Shown here: piece by piece, positions 24,543 to 32,000 of the stretch
How positions within the stretch are numbered: the stretch's first letter is position 1
Layout: every line of letters begins with the position of its first letter
From: an uncultured archaeon
GTDB lineage: Archaea; Asgardarchaeota; Thorarchaeia; Thorarchaeales; Thorarchaeaceae
DNA: 32,000 nt
Assembly: GCA_964354495.1 (NCBI GenBank)
Contig: CAYHAA010000016.1
Coordinates: 21,034-53,033, forward strand
Reading direction: 5' to 3'
Position numbers and translations under genes: made by a program
Notes under the pieces: generated by a model
Databases searched by the model: none
What the model was told of the DNA's origin: nothing
Seen by the model: the letters and a program-made list of their open reading frames with translations, nothing else

Positions 24543-25352
24543 TCACTTCTTGAAGACCATCTGGTAGAAGGTTTCGTTCATGATATAGGTGATTTCGACA
24601 TTGGACGCCTTCTCAGGGAGGAACTCAAGGGGTGGACGTGCTGCGAAGAGTGAGTTCGTCTTGATGATCTCCTTTCCCTTCTCAGTATTCCTCATTCGTG
24701 GTGACAGTCCCTCATCTATCACGATTACCATGCCCTCGCTTCTAGCTATCCTCAGCATCTCCTTCAGAGCTCCATGGATATCCGAGAAGGTGTTGATACC
24801 CCCCGTATGAAGTACAATATCGAAGAAATTGCTTTGATATGGGATGTTGAACACACTACCGTGGGTCAGGCTGGCATCGATCCCCAACTCTGCCATTTTT
24901 CGTTTAGCCACGCCCAGCATTCGTGTTGAGAGATCCATGCCATGAAGGTTGAATCTGCCCATCTGGCCCTTGAACCGGTTGTGAAGAGCGATAAAATTGG
25001 CTGCTGTACCGAGGCTGACATCGATAATTCTGGTCGGCCCTTCAATGGGAACGAACATAGCGAGTCGTTCTCGCTCCTTCATCATATTGATCCCAAGCCA
25101 GTCATCATACTGCTTGACCAATTCATCGTATGACTCGGCCATCTCATCATATTTCTTGATCCACTTTGCATCCTTTGCCCCTATAGGGGGATAGACAAGT
25201 GAGAGTATCTCACTATGTATGGGCCACCCATGCCCCTTCTCACAGATTATCGGCCGCTCTTCGACACTCTCATTCGATGCAGACTCTCTGCTGAATTGAA
25301 GCTTCTTTCCGCATTGAGGGCACTTGAGAGCAGCAAGATGAGGTTCTTTCAT
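24543..25352 (-). CDS. Class I SAM-dependent methyltransferase (UbiE/Methyltransf_11-like) with an N-terminal Trm112-like Zn-ribbon
   Basis: CPQCG...CEKGH.WPI N-terminus, motif I IDVSLGTAAN, GMDLSTRML, HGSVFNIPY..NFFDIV and EMLRIAR..G.VIVIDE. Confidence 0.85.
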   Translation of the reverse strand: MKEPHLAALKCPQCGKKLQFSRESASNESVEERPIICEKGHGWPIHSEILSLVYPPIGAKDAKWIKKYDEMAESYDELVKQYDDWLGINMMKERERLAMFVPIEGPTRIIDVSLGTAANFIALHNRFKGQMGRFNLHGMDLSTRMLGVAKRKMAELGIDASLTHGSVFNIPYQSNFFDIVLHTGGINTFSDIHGALKEMLRIARSEGMVIVIDEGLSPRMRNTEKGKEIIKTNSLFAARPPLEFLPEKASNVEITYIMNETFYQMVFKK

Positions 25353-25434
25353 CAGGTTTCTACGCCACCACAGTCTATCATCTGCTGTTAAATATGAATC
25401 GCATCAGAAATGCTAGGTCATAGGATATGTTGAC

Positions 25435-26265
25435 CTAGTGGGGCCTGTTTTGGATGATCATCTCCACGCTTGAGATGACCGTCTTCACGACCTGCCATTG
25501 AATAAGGACCACAAGTCTGCTGCGAATATGAAGCGACCAAGGTTGTGTTGCGTCATCTCCGGGAAGAAAGACACCGATACTCTCACGCCCATCAACATTC
25601 ATGATGAGTATTCTTGTTGGTTCCCAGTCATCGGGTGATAGCCTTGGAGCCTGAAAAATCTCCCTGAAGCTCTCCATGAATAGGTCCTTGCCGGGCATGG
25701 CCACACTCATAGTGAGATAATGTTCAAGTCCCTTGACCTGTTCGAACCCGGGTGTTGTTGTTATGAGTTCGATACTCACACCTCGGTTCTTTGCAGTACT
25801 GAATGCGCCTCTGAGATGGTTGAGGAGAACAGGCCAAGCTGACGCAATGTAGACATACTCCTGCGCGCTCTCAATCGATGTCCGCATACCCATGATGACC
25901 TGTTCCATCCCCTGTACAGACCAAGCAAACTCCTTGGCATCTGTCCCCCTAAGAGTCTGCAGTCCCTTCAGGGCCTTTCGGGCACTGCTTGCAGAGCTAG
26001 TCACTCTCTCCTCAAGATGATCTAGAGCTGCATCGACGGGAGCCGGGTCGAACTGCGTTGGATCCGTTCCTGCCACCTTCTTGATCACTCCTCGCTTTTC
26101 AAGAAGCTCGAGTGTTTCATACACCTTGCTCCTAGGAATACCAGACCCTTCGGCGATGGCTCTTGCAGTGGACCTCCCGAGTTTGACCAGCGTGTGGTAC
26201 GCCTTTGCCTCGTTCTTTGTCAGACCGATTCTTGTTAGATCATCAACAATGCTGCTCTGTGTCAA
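25435..26265 (-). CDS. TrmB-family transcriptional regulator
   Basis: LTRIGLTKNEAKAYHTL...TARAIAEGSGIPRSKVYETLELLEKRGVI, followed by an effector-binding domain. The start is placed at TTG 26265 (GTG 26274 is also possible) because the track start at 26316 lies upstream of the probable TATA. Confidence 0.9.
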   Translation of the reverse strand: MTQSSIVDDLTRIGLTKNEAKAYHTLVKLGRSTARAIAEGSGIPRSKVYETLELLEKRGVIKKVAGTDPTQFDPAPVDAALDHLEERVTSSASSARKALKGLQTLRGTDAKEFAWSVQGMEQVIMGMRTSIESAQEYVYIASAWPVLLNHLRGAFSTAKNRGVSIELITTTPGFEQVKGLEHYLTMSVAMPGKDLFMESFREIFQAPRLSPDDWEPTRILIMNVDGRESIGVFLPGDDATQPWSLHIRSRLVVLIQWQVVKTVISSVEMIIQNRPH

Positions 26266-26298
26266 TATGACCACGGGTCTTCCATACAAGGACGCGAG

Positions 26299-26329
26299 TT
26301 TTAAGTTGATTGTCACTTTCGGAGTGACA
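26299..26329 (-). promoter_or_regulatory. Operator TGTCAC-N7-GTGACA (copy 1) plus TATA-like box upstream of the TrmB gene
   Basis: TGTCACT-TTCGG-AGTGACA at 26311-26329, with minus-strand TTAAAA at 26304-26299, 6 nt away. Confidence 0.6.
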
Positions 26330-26337
26330 CACCTTGC

Positions 26338-26613
26338 TTACTCAGTGTCAATGTCCTCGCCTTCGAGGATTCGCTCTATTTCATACAGCCTGTTCACAAT
26401 TGCGATTCCCTTGTCTGTCAAGGATAGGTACGGGCTTTCATTCTCTCCAACGAACTGATAGACCAGCTCCTCTGTGAGTAGTCTGTCACGAATCTCGAGA
26501 AACCTTCCCTCATCGCCTATCCTGCTGCTCAGATCTTTCTCAAAGCGGTCGCCCCAGACCAGTTCGAACAAAGTCTCCCTCACATCCCTTAGGACAAGGA
26601 ACTCTAGTGTCAT
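26338..26613 (-). CDS. Small winged-helix protein (HxlR/MarR-like), 91 aa
   Basis: RDRLLTEELV...YLSLTDKGIAIVNRL gives the wHTH wing plus LTxKG. The start is moved to ATG 26613 (track start 26697). Confidence 0.6.
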   Translation of the reverse strand: MTLEFLVLRDVRETLFELVWGDRFEKDLSSRIGDEGRFLEIRDRLLTEELVYQFVGENESPYLSLTDKGIAIVNRLYEIERILEGEDIDTE

Positions 26614-26654
26614 GGTAGCCAACGATAGAAACAGCCTCATAATGAAGCATTCGA

Positions 26655-26685
26655 TGTCACTCCCTTCGTGACACCAGCATAATAT
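26655..26685 (+). promoter_or_regulatory. Operator TGTCAC-N7-GTGACA (copy 2) plus TATA-like element upstream of the ABC operon
   Basis: TGTCACT-CCCTT-CGTGACA at 26655-26673, followed 5 nt later by ATAATAT (26679-26685). Confidence 0.6.
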
Positions 26686-26719
26686 GCCTTGACTCACCTA
26701 GTTAGTACGGGTGATTTGA

Positions 26720-27682
26720 CTGGCATCAATCGTCGAAGTCACAGATCTCACACATGTCTACGCTGGTGGAATCAAGGCGCTCGATGGACTCTCGTTCTCA
26801 ATCAAAAAGGGTGAGATTGTCGGCATTCTCGGCCCCAATGGTGCAGGTAAATCGACTGCGGTGAAGATGATGACCGGCATCCTGCGGCCGACCTCAGGAA
26901 GCGTAAAGATTGCTGGAAAGGAGGTCGCTGAGAACCTCGACGCTGTAAGAAGAATCATTGGTTTCATGCCACAGGAGACCGCTCTATATGAGGACTTGAC
27001 TGCCCAAGAGGCGCTTGAGTATCACGCTGAGCTCTATGCTGTACCAAAGAATGAAGTAAGAGAACGAGTAGCAAAGATGCTTGAATTGGCAGGGCTCACA
27101 GCCCGCAAGAATGACCTTGTGAAGACCTACTCTGGGGGCATGAAGCGCCGGCTTGCACTGGTGCGTTCAATTCTGCATGACTCCGAGCTCCTCATACTTG
27201 ATGAGATGTCGCTTGGAGTGGATGTGCAGAGTCGGAATCTGATCTGGAATCAGGTCCGCAAGATGAGGAATCAAGGCCGGACAGTGCTCTTCTGTACCAA
27301 CTACATGGATGAGGCTGAGGCACTTGCCGACCGGGTCATTATCATCGACAATGGTCGTCTTGTGGCAGCAGGCACATCTGCTGAACTGAAGCAGAAGTAT
27401 GTAGGCAACTATCTGATTGAGGTTCTGATTGAAGGGATGAGTTCTGAAGAGGGACACGAATGGTTAGAGCAGAGAGTGCAGCTTGAGGTGGAGAAGGTCT
27501 CCGACCCATTGAATGTCGGTCCGCGTACAGCTTGGATTCGAAGTAAGGCAGGTCACGTAGATCTGCCCCTCGTGATTGGCAGACTGACTGAGAGCGGCCT
27601 CGCCGTGAAACAGGCATCGATGAGAGAACCATCACTGGGGGACGTGTTTCTAGCAATCACTGGTTCGAGTCTGAGGGATTGA
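26720..27682 (+). CDS. ABC transporter ATP-binding protein (ABC-2/DrrA-like exporter)
   Basis: Walker A GPNGAGKST lies upstream of the track start (26861). The frame is open back to CTG 26720, which is preceded by an in-frame TGA and by SD GGTGA. Signature YSGGM and Walker B LILDE are present; the H-loop reads CTNY. Confidence 0.92.
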   Translation: MASIVEVTDLTHVYAGGIKALDGLSFSIKKGEIVGILGPNGAGKSTAVKMMTGILRPTSGSVKIAGKEVAENLDAVRRIIGFMPQETALYEDLTAQEALEYHAELYAVPKNEVRERVAKMLELAGLTARKNDLVKTYSGGMKRRLALVRSILHDSELLILDEMSLGVDVQSRNLIWNQVRKMRNQGRTVLFCTNYMDEAEALADRVIIIDNGRLVAAGTSAELKQKYVGNYLIEVLIEGMSSEEGHEWLEQRVQLEVEKVSDPLNVGPRTAWIRSKAGHVDLPLVIGRLTESGLAVKQASMREPSLGDVFLAITGSSLRD

Positions 27683-27683
27683 G

Positions 27684-28817
27684 ATGCTGCGCGAGATTGC
27701 TGCTATCGTGAGGAAGGATCTGAAACAGGCGAAGCGCGATCCCTTGTTCCTTGGGCCCAGTCTAATCATACCCTTTGTCTTTCTACTAGTATATGCAATC
27801 ATGTGGAACAGTGTCGGAGGCGGAGAGTCCTTTGCCTGTGGTCTTGTCGTGATGGACACATCCCCCGAGGCTGAAGACATGGCAGATATCATTGAGAACA
27901 TGGTCTCCACGACGAATTATACCTGGTTCAGTATCGAGAGATACGATCTCACTACAGCTGATGAGCTCTATCGGAGCTCTTCACTGATATCTTACATTCT
28001 GATACCTGATGGATTTGGTGACAACATCACGTCCATGCAAAACGCAACAGTCGTGATGTACATCAACAACTCAAATGATGACATCGTCAAGAACTACGTT
28101 CATAGACTAGAAGCAGCAGTTCTTCTCTTCAACCAGGGCGCTGTCTACCCGGAGTTCGACCAATCGACCGCTCCGATATCGATTGAAGAGTCCTATAGCA
28201 ATACTGCAACTCCATCGAACTTGTCTTACATGGCAGCAGTGGATATACTCTTGTCATTCATGACGTGTGCACTGGCAAGTCAGGCCATGTTGACTGCCAC
28301 TGAGTTCGAAACTGGAGCCATTCAGGACACCCTGAGCTCCCCGACTCCCCGTATTGCTCTGGTCCTAGGTAGAACCCTTGCTGCCATCCCCCGATCATTC
28401 GCTGCGTCTTTGATATCGGCTCCAGTCATCTGTTTCAGTATGAACGTATTTCCAACTGGTAACGCACTCATTCTATTCGGAATACTGATTCTCTCCATCC
28501 TTGCTTTGGTCCCAATAGGCGAACTGATTGGGATGAAGATACGAAACAGAGAACAGGCTCTGCTTGCTGGCGTGCTCTTTGTAGTAATCGGTTTCGTAGT
28601 CGGGGGCGGTATGGCTCCCATTGCTCTCTCTCCCGCAGAAATCAGAGGTGTCGTTGGGCTTCTGCCGACCACCCATTCTCTTATTCTCTGGGCGCGAGTC
28701 TTCTTCCTTGACACGACTCTAGGCTTGATGACCAGTTCTGTGGTCTTGATTGCTACTTGGCTTGTGATGTCTGCTGTGGTAGCACATCAGATGAAGAAGG
28801 AGGTCGAAAGGCCATGA
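27684..28817 (+). CDS. ABC-2 type transporter permease
   Basis: N-terminal TM, an extracellular domain, then E.ETGAIQDTLSSP and five C-terminal TMs. Confidence 0.9.
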   Translation: MLREIAAIVRKDLKQAKRDPLFLGPSLIIPFVFLLVYAIMWNSVGGGESFACGLVVMDTSPEAEDMADIIENMVSTTNYTWFSIERYDLTTADELYRSSSLISYILIPDGFGDNITSMQNATVVMYINNSNDDIVKNYVHRLEAAVLLFNQGAVYPEFDQSTAPISIEESYSNTATPSNLSYMAAVDILLSFMTCALASQAMLTATEFETGAIQDTLSSPTPRIALVLGRTLAAIPRSFAASLISAPVICFSMNVFPTGNALILFGILILSILALVPIGELIGMKIRNREQALLAGVLFVVIGFVVGGGMAPIALSPAEIRGVVGLLPTTHSLILWARVFFLDTTLGLMTSSVVLIATWLVMSAVVAHQMKKEVERP

Positions 28818-29986
28818 ATCAGGCGCTAAGAGTGATAGAGGCTTGCTTCATCAAGGAGCTCAGGGTCTGGCGACGGAATCCTCGTAAACTCATGTTGGTG
28901 ATTCTATTGCCTCTCATGTTCTTCGTGTCATTTACGATGCTCATGGGAGGAGTATACTATGGCTCTGGCGTCGATACAGCTCTTGTAGTGGAAGAACAGA
29001 GTCCTGGGCTTTACACCAATGGGTTGATTGAGATTCTCGGCCAGAGCGATGTCATCCCACCACGACTGAATCCGATTCCTATGGATGCACAGACCGCTGA
29101 TGCACTGTTTCAGAATGGCAACATCTTGCTGGTCATCACTATTCCGGATGGCTTTGAGAATGCACTGGTGACCAATGCGACGACATCTATTCACATCCAG
29201 GTGGCGAACATACACGAAGACTTGACCAAGAATCTGAGGATGCCTGTCATCAGGAAGCTTGACATCTTTTACCAGACCTATCTCTTGAATGACTCCCTAG
29301 TGGACTTCAACATCGAGACCATGCGCCCATTCTCGCCGCCCAGACTTGCCTACATGGCTTGGACAATTACTGTCTACGCAATCATGTTCAGCGCAATTTT
29401 TGCCGCTGGGTCTGCTATGACTCAGGAGTTCGAGCAGAAGACAATGGATGAACTCACGCTCTCTAATCAACCACCTCGATACATCTACTTGGGCAAGATG
29501 TTGAGTGCTGTTGCCATCAGCTACATCGCTCCTCCGCTCCTATTCATGCTGAGCTATCTCCTATTCGGTGTCTGGCCCTCCGGAGACTTTCTGGTCTTCT
29601 TGCTGCTTACGTCTCTCCTAGCTCTCTTCTGTTCGGGAATTGGGATCATAGTGGGTGCGATAGTCCGTAATTCTGTGTTCACCGTGCCCACTGCAGCTCT
29701 GACAGGTATCTTCTACTGGATTGTTGGAGGCGGAATCGCACCGCTCGAAATCATCGGTGCTTCCTTTGGAGCCTTCGACGAATATCTCCCGATAGCCAAT
29801 GTGTATCGGTCGCTGATCAGGATGTTCATTGACGGTAACTATGAATGGCTGCTTGTCGATATTGGTATCATCGGAGTCTTTGCTGCTGTTTTTGTGATCA
29901 TCTCCCCAACCATAGCGTACAGGGCTGCACAGGTGAACTTTGGTCAGAAACTGCAGCACATGAGGAGCAGAAGACAGCGTACCTAA
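28814..29986 (+). CDS. ABC-2 type transporter permease (second subunit)
   Basis: KELRVWRRNPR..., EFEQKTMDELTLS and C-terminal TMs. ATG 28814 overlaps the upstream stop (ATGA); the track start at 28757 is too long. Confidence 0.9.
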   Translation: MNQALRVIEACFIKELRVWRRNPRKLMLVILLPLMFFVSFTMLMGGVYYGSGVDTALVVEEQSPGLYTNGLIEILGQSDVIPPRLNPIPMDAQTADALFQNGNILLVITIPDGFENALVTNATTSIHIQVANIHEDLTKNLRMPVIRKLDIFYQTYLLNDSLVDFNIETMRPFSPPRLAYMAWTITVYAIMFSAIFAAGSAMTQEFEQKTMDELTLSNQPPRYIYLGKMLSAVAISYIAPPLLFMLSYLLFGVWPSGDFLVFLLLTSLLALFCSGIGIIVGAIVRNSVFTVPTAALTGIFYWIVGGGIAPLEIIGASFGAFDEYLPIANVYRSLIRMFIDGNYEWLLVDIGIIGVFAAVFVIISPTIAYRAAQVNFGQKLQHMRSRRQRT

Positions 29987-30856
29987 TCATCCGCGAGCGG
30001 GGCAGCAGATTGCATACAAGTCAGTCGATAGTGTGGCCTCTGTATCTTTTCCACAGACCATTCTCCAGGAGAATGATACCTCTTTGAACCCGTACTCATG
30101 TAGCAGGTCTAGTGACGCTGTGTTAGTTTCGAGAACGCCGGCATTTAGGGTCTTTTTTGCCACACCTTTGGCGAAGCCCAACAGGAGTCGTTCTGCAAAT
30201 GTGTTTGATCTCATCATGGCCCACGGACCTATCCGAATAGAGTCGCCACTTGTACTTCCCATGATATAACCATGAATCTCATCATTAATCTCGAGTACCT
30301 TACAGTACTCTGGATGGGTAACATATCTCATTCTAAGGAAGCGGTCTCTTCTACCACCAAATAAACTCGCATCAAGTCTTGTGATAGGTGTGAGGTCATC
30401 CTGCCTCATGGGTCGCACATCTCTTGACCCTTCACCCACCATCACACCCTCTAGTCTCAAGGACCTGCAGATCTTTCTGAATCCCAGCCTCTCATAGAGT
30501 GTCACAGCTCTGGGAACACCATCGAGCAGTATTGATTGCGCTCCCTGATTTTGAAGGTAGTGCATTGCATGTTCCATGAGCGTCTTGCCACATTGTTGTC
30601 CTCTACAGGATTTGTCAACTATCAGGTTGCCAATGAATCCAAACTTCTGGTATGGGACTGCACAGACCATGCCGATTGGCTCCGCATCGATCTCACCGAC
30701 AAAACAGCCATGGGGATCATATTCGAGCAACTCCTCAAAATCGTGTCTCGTGCTGCTCCATCCTTCAGCACCTGTCATTACAAGTGCGAAATCTAGGTCC
30801 TCACGGGACATTGTTCTGATTTGTATTGATGCCCACTCTCCTTCCCAAGTCCTCAA
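29987..30856 (-). CDS. GNAT acetyltransferase (tandem GNAT, YitH-like)
   Basis: IRTMSREDL, GFIGNLIVDKSCRGQQCGKTLM (acetyl-CoA motif A) and AVTLYERLGF, followed by a second degenerate GNAT domain. The exact start is uncertain. Confidence 0.85.
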   Translation of the reverse strand: MRTWEGEWASIQIRTMSREDLDFALVMTGAEGWSSTRHDFEELLEYDPHGCFVGEIDAEPIGMVCAVPYQKFGFIGNLIVDKSCRGQQCGKTLMEHAMHYLQNQGAQSILLDGVPRAVTLYERLGFRKICRSLRLEGVMVGEGSRDVRPMRQDDLTPITRLDASLFGGRRDRFLRMRYVTHPEYCKVLEINDEIHGYIMGSTSGDSIRIGPWAMMRSNTFAERLLLGFAKGVAKKTLNAGVLETNTASLDLLHEYGFKEVSFSWRMVCGKDTEATLSTDLYAICCPARG

Positions 30857-30889
30857 TGAATCAACTATGCATACTACCTAACAAGAGAT

Positions 30890-32000
30890 TCAATGTTTCT
30901 CAGCTTGTTCGGTTGGAAGCTCAATCCTGTCTACAGTTTCTATCTCTTTATTGTGTCTATTGCTCACTCTGAAGAGTGCAAACGAGAGTATTGACATTGC
31001 TGCGGCAAAGAGCATTGCCGGCCAATATTCTGGCCAGATAAAATAGAAGGCCGTGGCGAGAATGGGCCCGATTACTCCTGAGAAGGCAAACATTGATTGA
31101 AGAAGACCAACTGCTGTTGACCTCTCCTGGTTATTCTCAGTGACATACTTCAATGAACCGACATACAGACATGCCCATGACAGTCCCAATAGTACCTGTG
31201 ACGGTAATATCTCCAGGATATTCCTTGCAAATGGGAACCAGGCAAAGGTAACAGCCGAAGCGATTAATCCAATGGTAATCAATTTCCTGCTCTCCACACG
31301 GTCTGTTATTGTTGCCATGAATACTACCTGCGACAATGCATTTGTTGCCTGTACAATCGCGATGGTAAACGTGGTCCCCCCAAGGTCAAAGAGGAATAAG
31401 GGCCAAAGAGCCCAGATAGCTGCAGAGCTACTCTGCCTGATCAAGACTGCTGTGTAGACATGTATGTTGCGTTTGAAGGTCTCCACAGGAAATAACGGCA
31501 CTCTCATGGAAACCCTTGGAATCTCGGGTAGAGTTAGAGCTGAAAGAAAGGCAATCGCCAAGAAGATTGTAGACATGACAAATGCATAGTAGATGTTGAA
31601 GCCCGCAGCATATCCTGCAAAGAGCGTTCCGAGTCCCCATCCTACTGCACCCCATGTAGCGAATCTTCCCATCTTAATCTTCGATTCATATGCATAGGCC
31701 GCAAGAGCTCCTGGATACATACCGACACAGAAACCGTTCATCACACGTACAATGAACAGTATTTCTAGGCTTGTTGATACGAGAAGCAATGAGATGCTCA
31801 AGGTAGCCAGAAGGAGACCTGCTCTAATGATCATCCGCCTGCCATAGACATCACCAGCTCGTCCAAAGATGTACGATGCAATGAATGCGGCAGTAGCTTC
31901 ACCACCCACGATGAGAGGGATGTAGATCTCTGAGACGCTCAGATTTTCTCTCGCCAGAATCGGAACGAAGGTATAGACTGACAGCAATGCCGCTCCTGCC
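30890..32000 (-). CDS. Major facilitator superfamily transporter; N-terminus lies beyond the right edge
   Basis: Motif A GRAGDVYGRR and a second-half TDRVESRK, with about 11 TM segments visible. The frame stays open to the window end. Confidence 0.9.
   Translation of the reverse strand, partial: AGAALLSVYTFVPILARENLSVSEIYIPLIVGGEATAAFIASYIFGRAGDVYGRRMIIRAGLLLATLSISLLLVSTSLEILFIVRVMNGFCVGMYPGALAAYAYESKIKMGRFATWGAVGWGLGTLFAGYAAGFNIYYAFVMSTIFLAIAFLSALTLPEIPRVSMRVPLFPVETFKRNIHVYTAVLIRQSSSAAIWALWPLFLFDLGGTTFTIAIVQATNALSQVVFMATITDRVESRKLITIGLIASAVTFAWFPFARNILEILPSQVLLGLSWACLYVGSLKYVTENNQERSTAVGLLQSMFAFSGVIGPILATAFYFIWPEYWPAMLFAAAMSILSFALFRVSNRHNKEIETVDRIELPTEQAEKH

Noticed and set aside
97-31655. 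Numerous 60-190 aa ORFs in the track that lie antisense to or out of frame within the called genes (e.g. 484-783, 5645-6220, 9680-10219, 20532-21017)
   Set aside because: They are shadows of well-supported genes, with Ser/Arg-rich, motif-free translations.
1-32000. CRISPR arrays, tRNA/rRNA genes, IS elements or prophage genes
   Set aside because: I saw no regularly spaced DNA repeats, tRNA T-loop/acceptor patterns, transposase or integrase motifs, or terminal inverted repeats. The repeats in the giant gene are visible only at protein level.

Overview
This is a gene-dense archaeal chromosomal window, most likely from an Asgard archaeon such as Thorarchaeota. That assignment is inferred from two tandem Asgard-type profilin genes, archaeal regulators (ArsR-like, TrmB), NOP2-NIP7 and PAC2. 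In order, the window holds: partial sucC; a Hel308/Ski2-like helicase with all main catalytic motifs eroded and a SWIM Zn finger inserted; PAC2; a thrC-cytosine deaminase-NOP2-NIP7 operon; a CYTH cyclase; an HD protein; an 11-kb five-gene operon (1930-aa TgpA-like surface protein with a dead transglutaminase triad and about 13 Ig-like repeats, DUF4350-like protein, MoxR AAA+, DUF58/vWA, unknown membrane protein); an OPT transporter; DUF167; two profilins; an ArsR-like regulator; a 766-bp gap that contains unannotated micro-ORFs; a methyltransferase; TrmB; a small wHTH protein; an ABC-2 exporter; a GNAT; and a partial MFS transporter. The most novel signal is at 24080-24402. Two tandem 29-35 aa ORFs share the C-terminal motif DAIxYAYxYR with synonymous codon differences, and they sit behind a TATA box abutting a perfect palindrome, divergent from the regulator. 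Other notable points are two probable CUG-initiated genes and a repeated TGTCAC-N7-GTGACA operator. No rRNA, tRNA, CRISPR array or mobile element was recognised. All family calls come from motif recognition by eye, not database searches.
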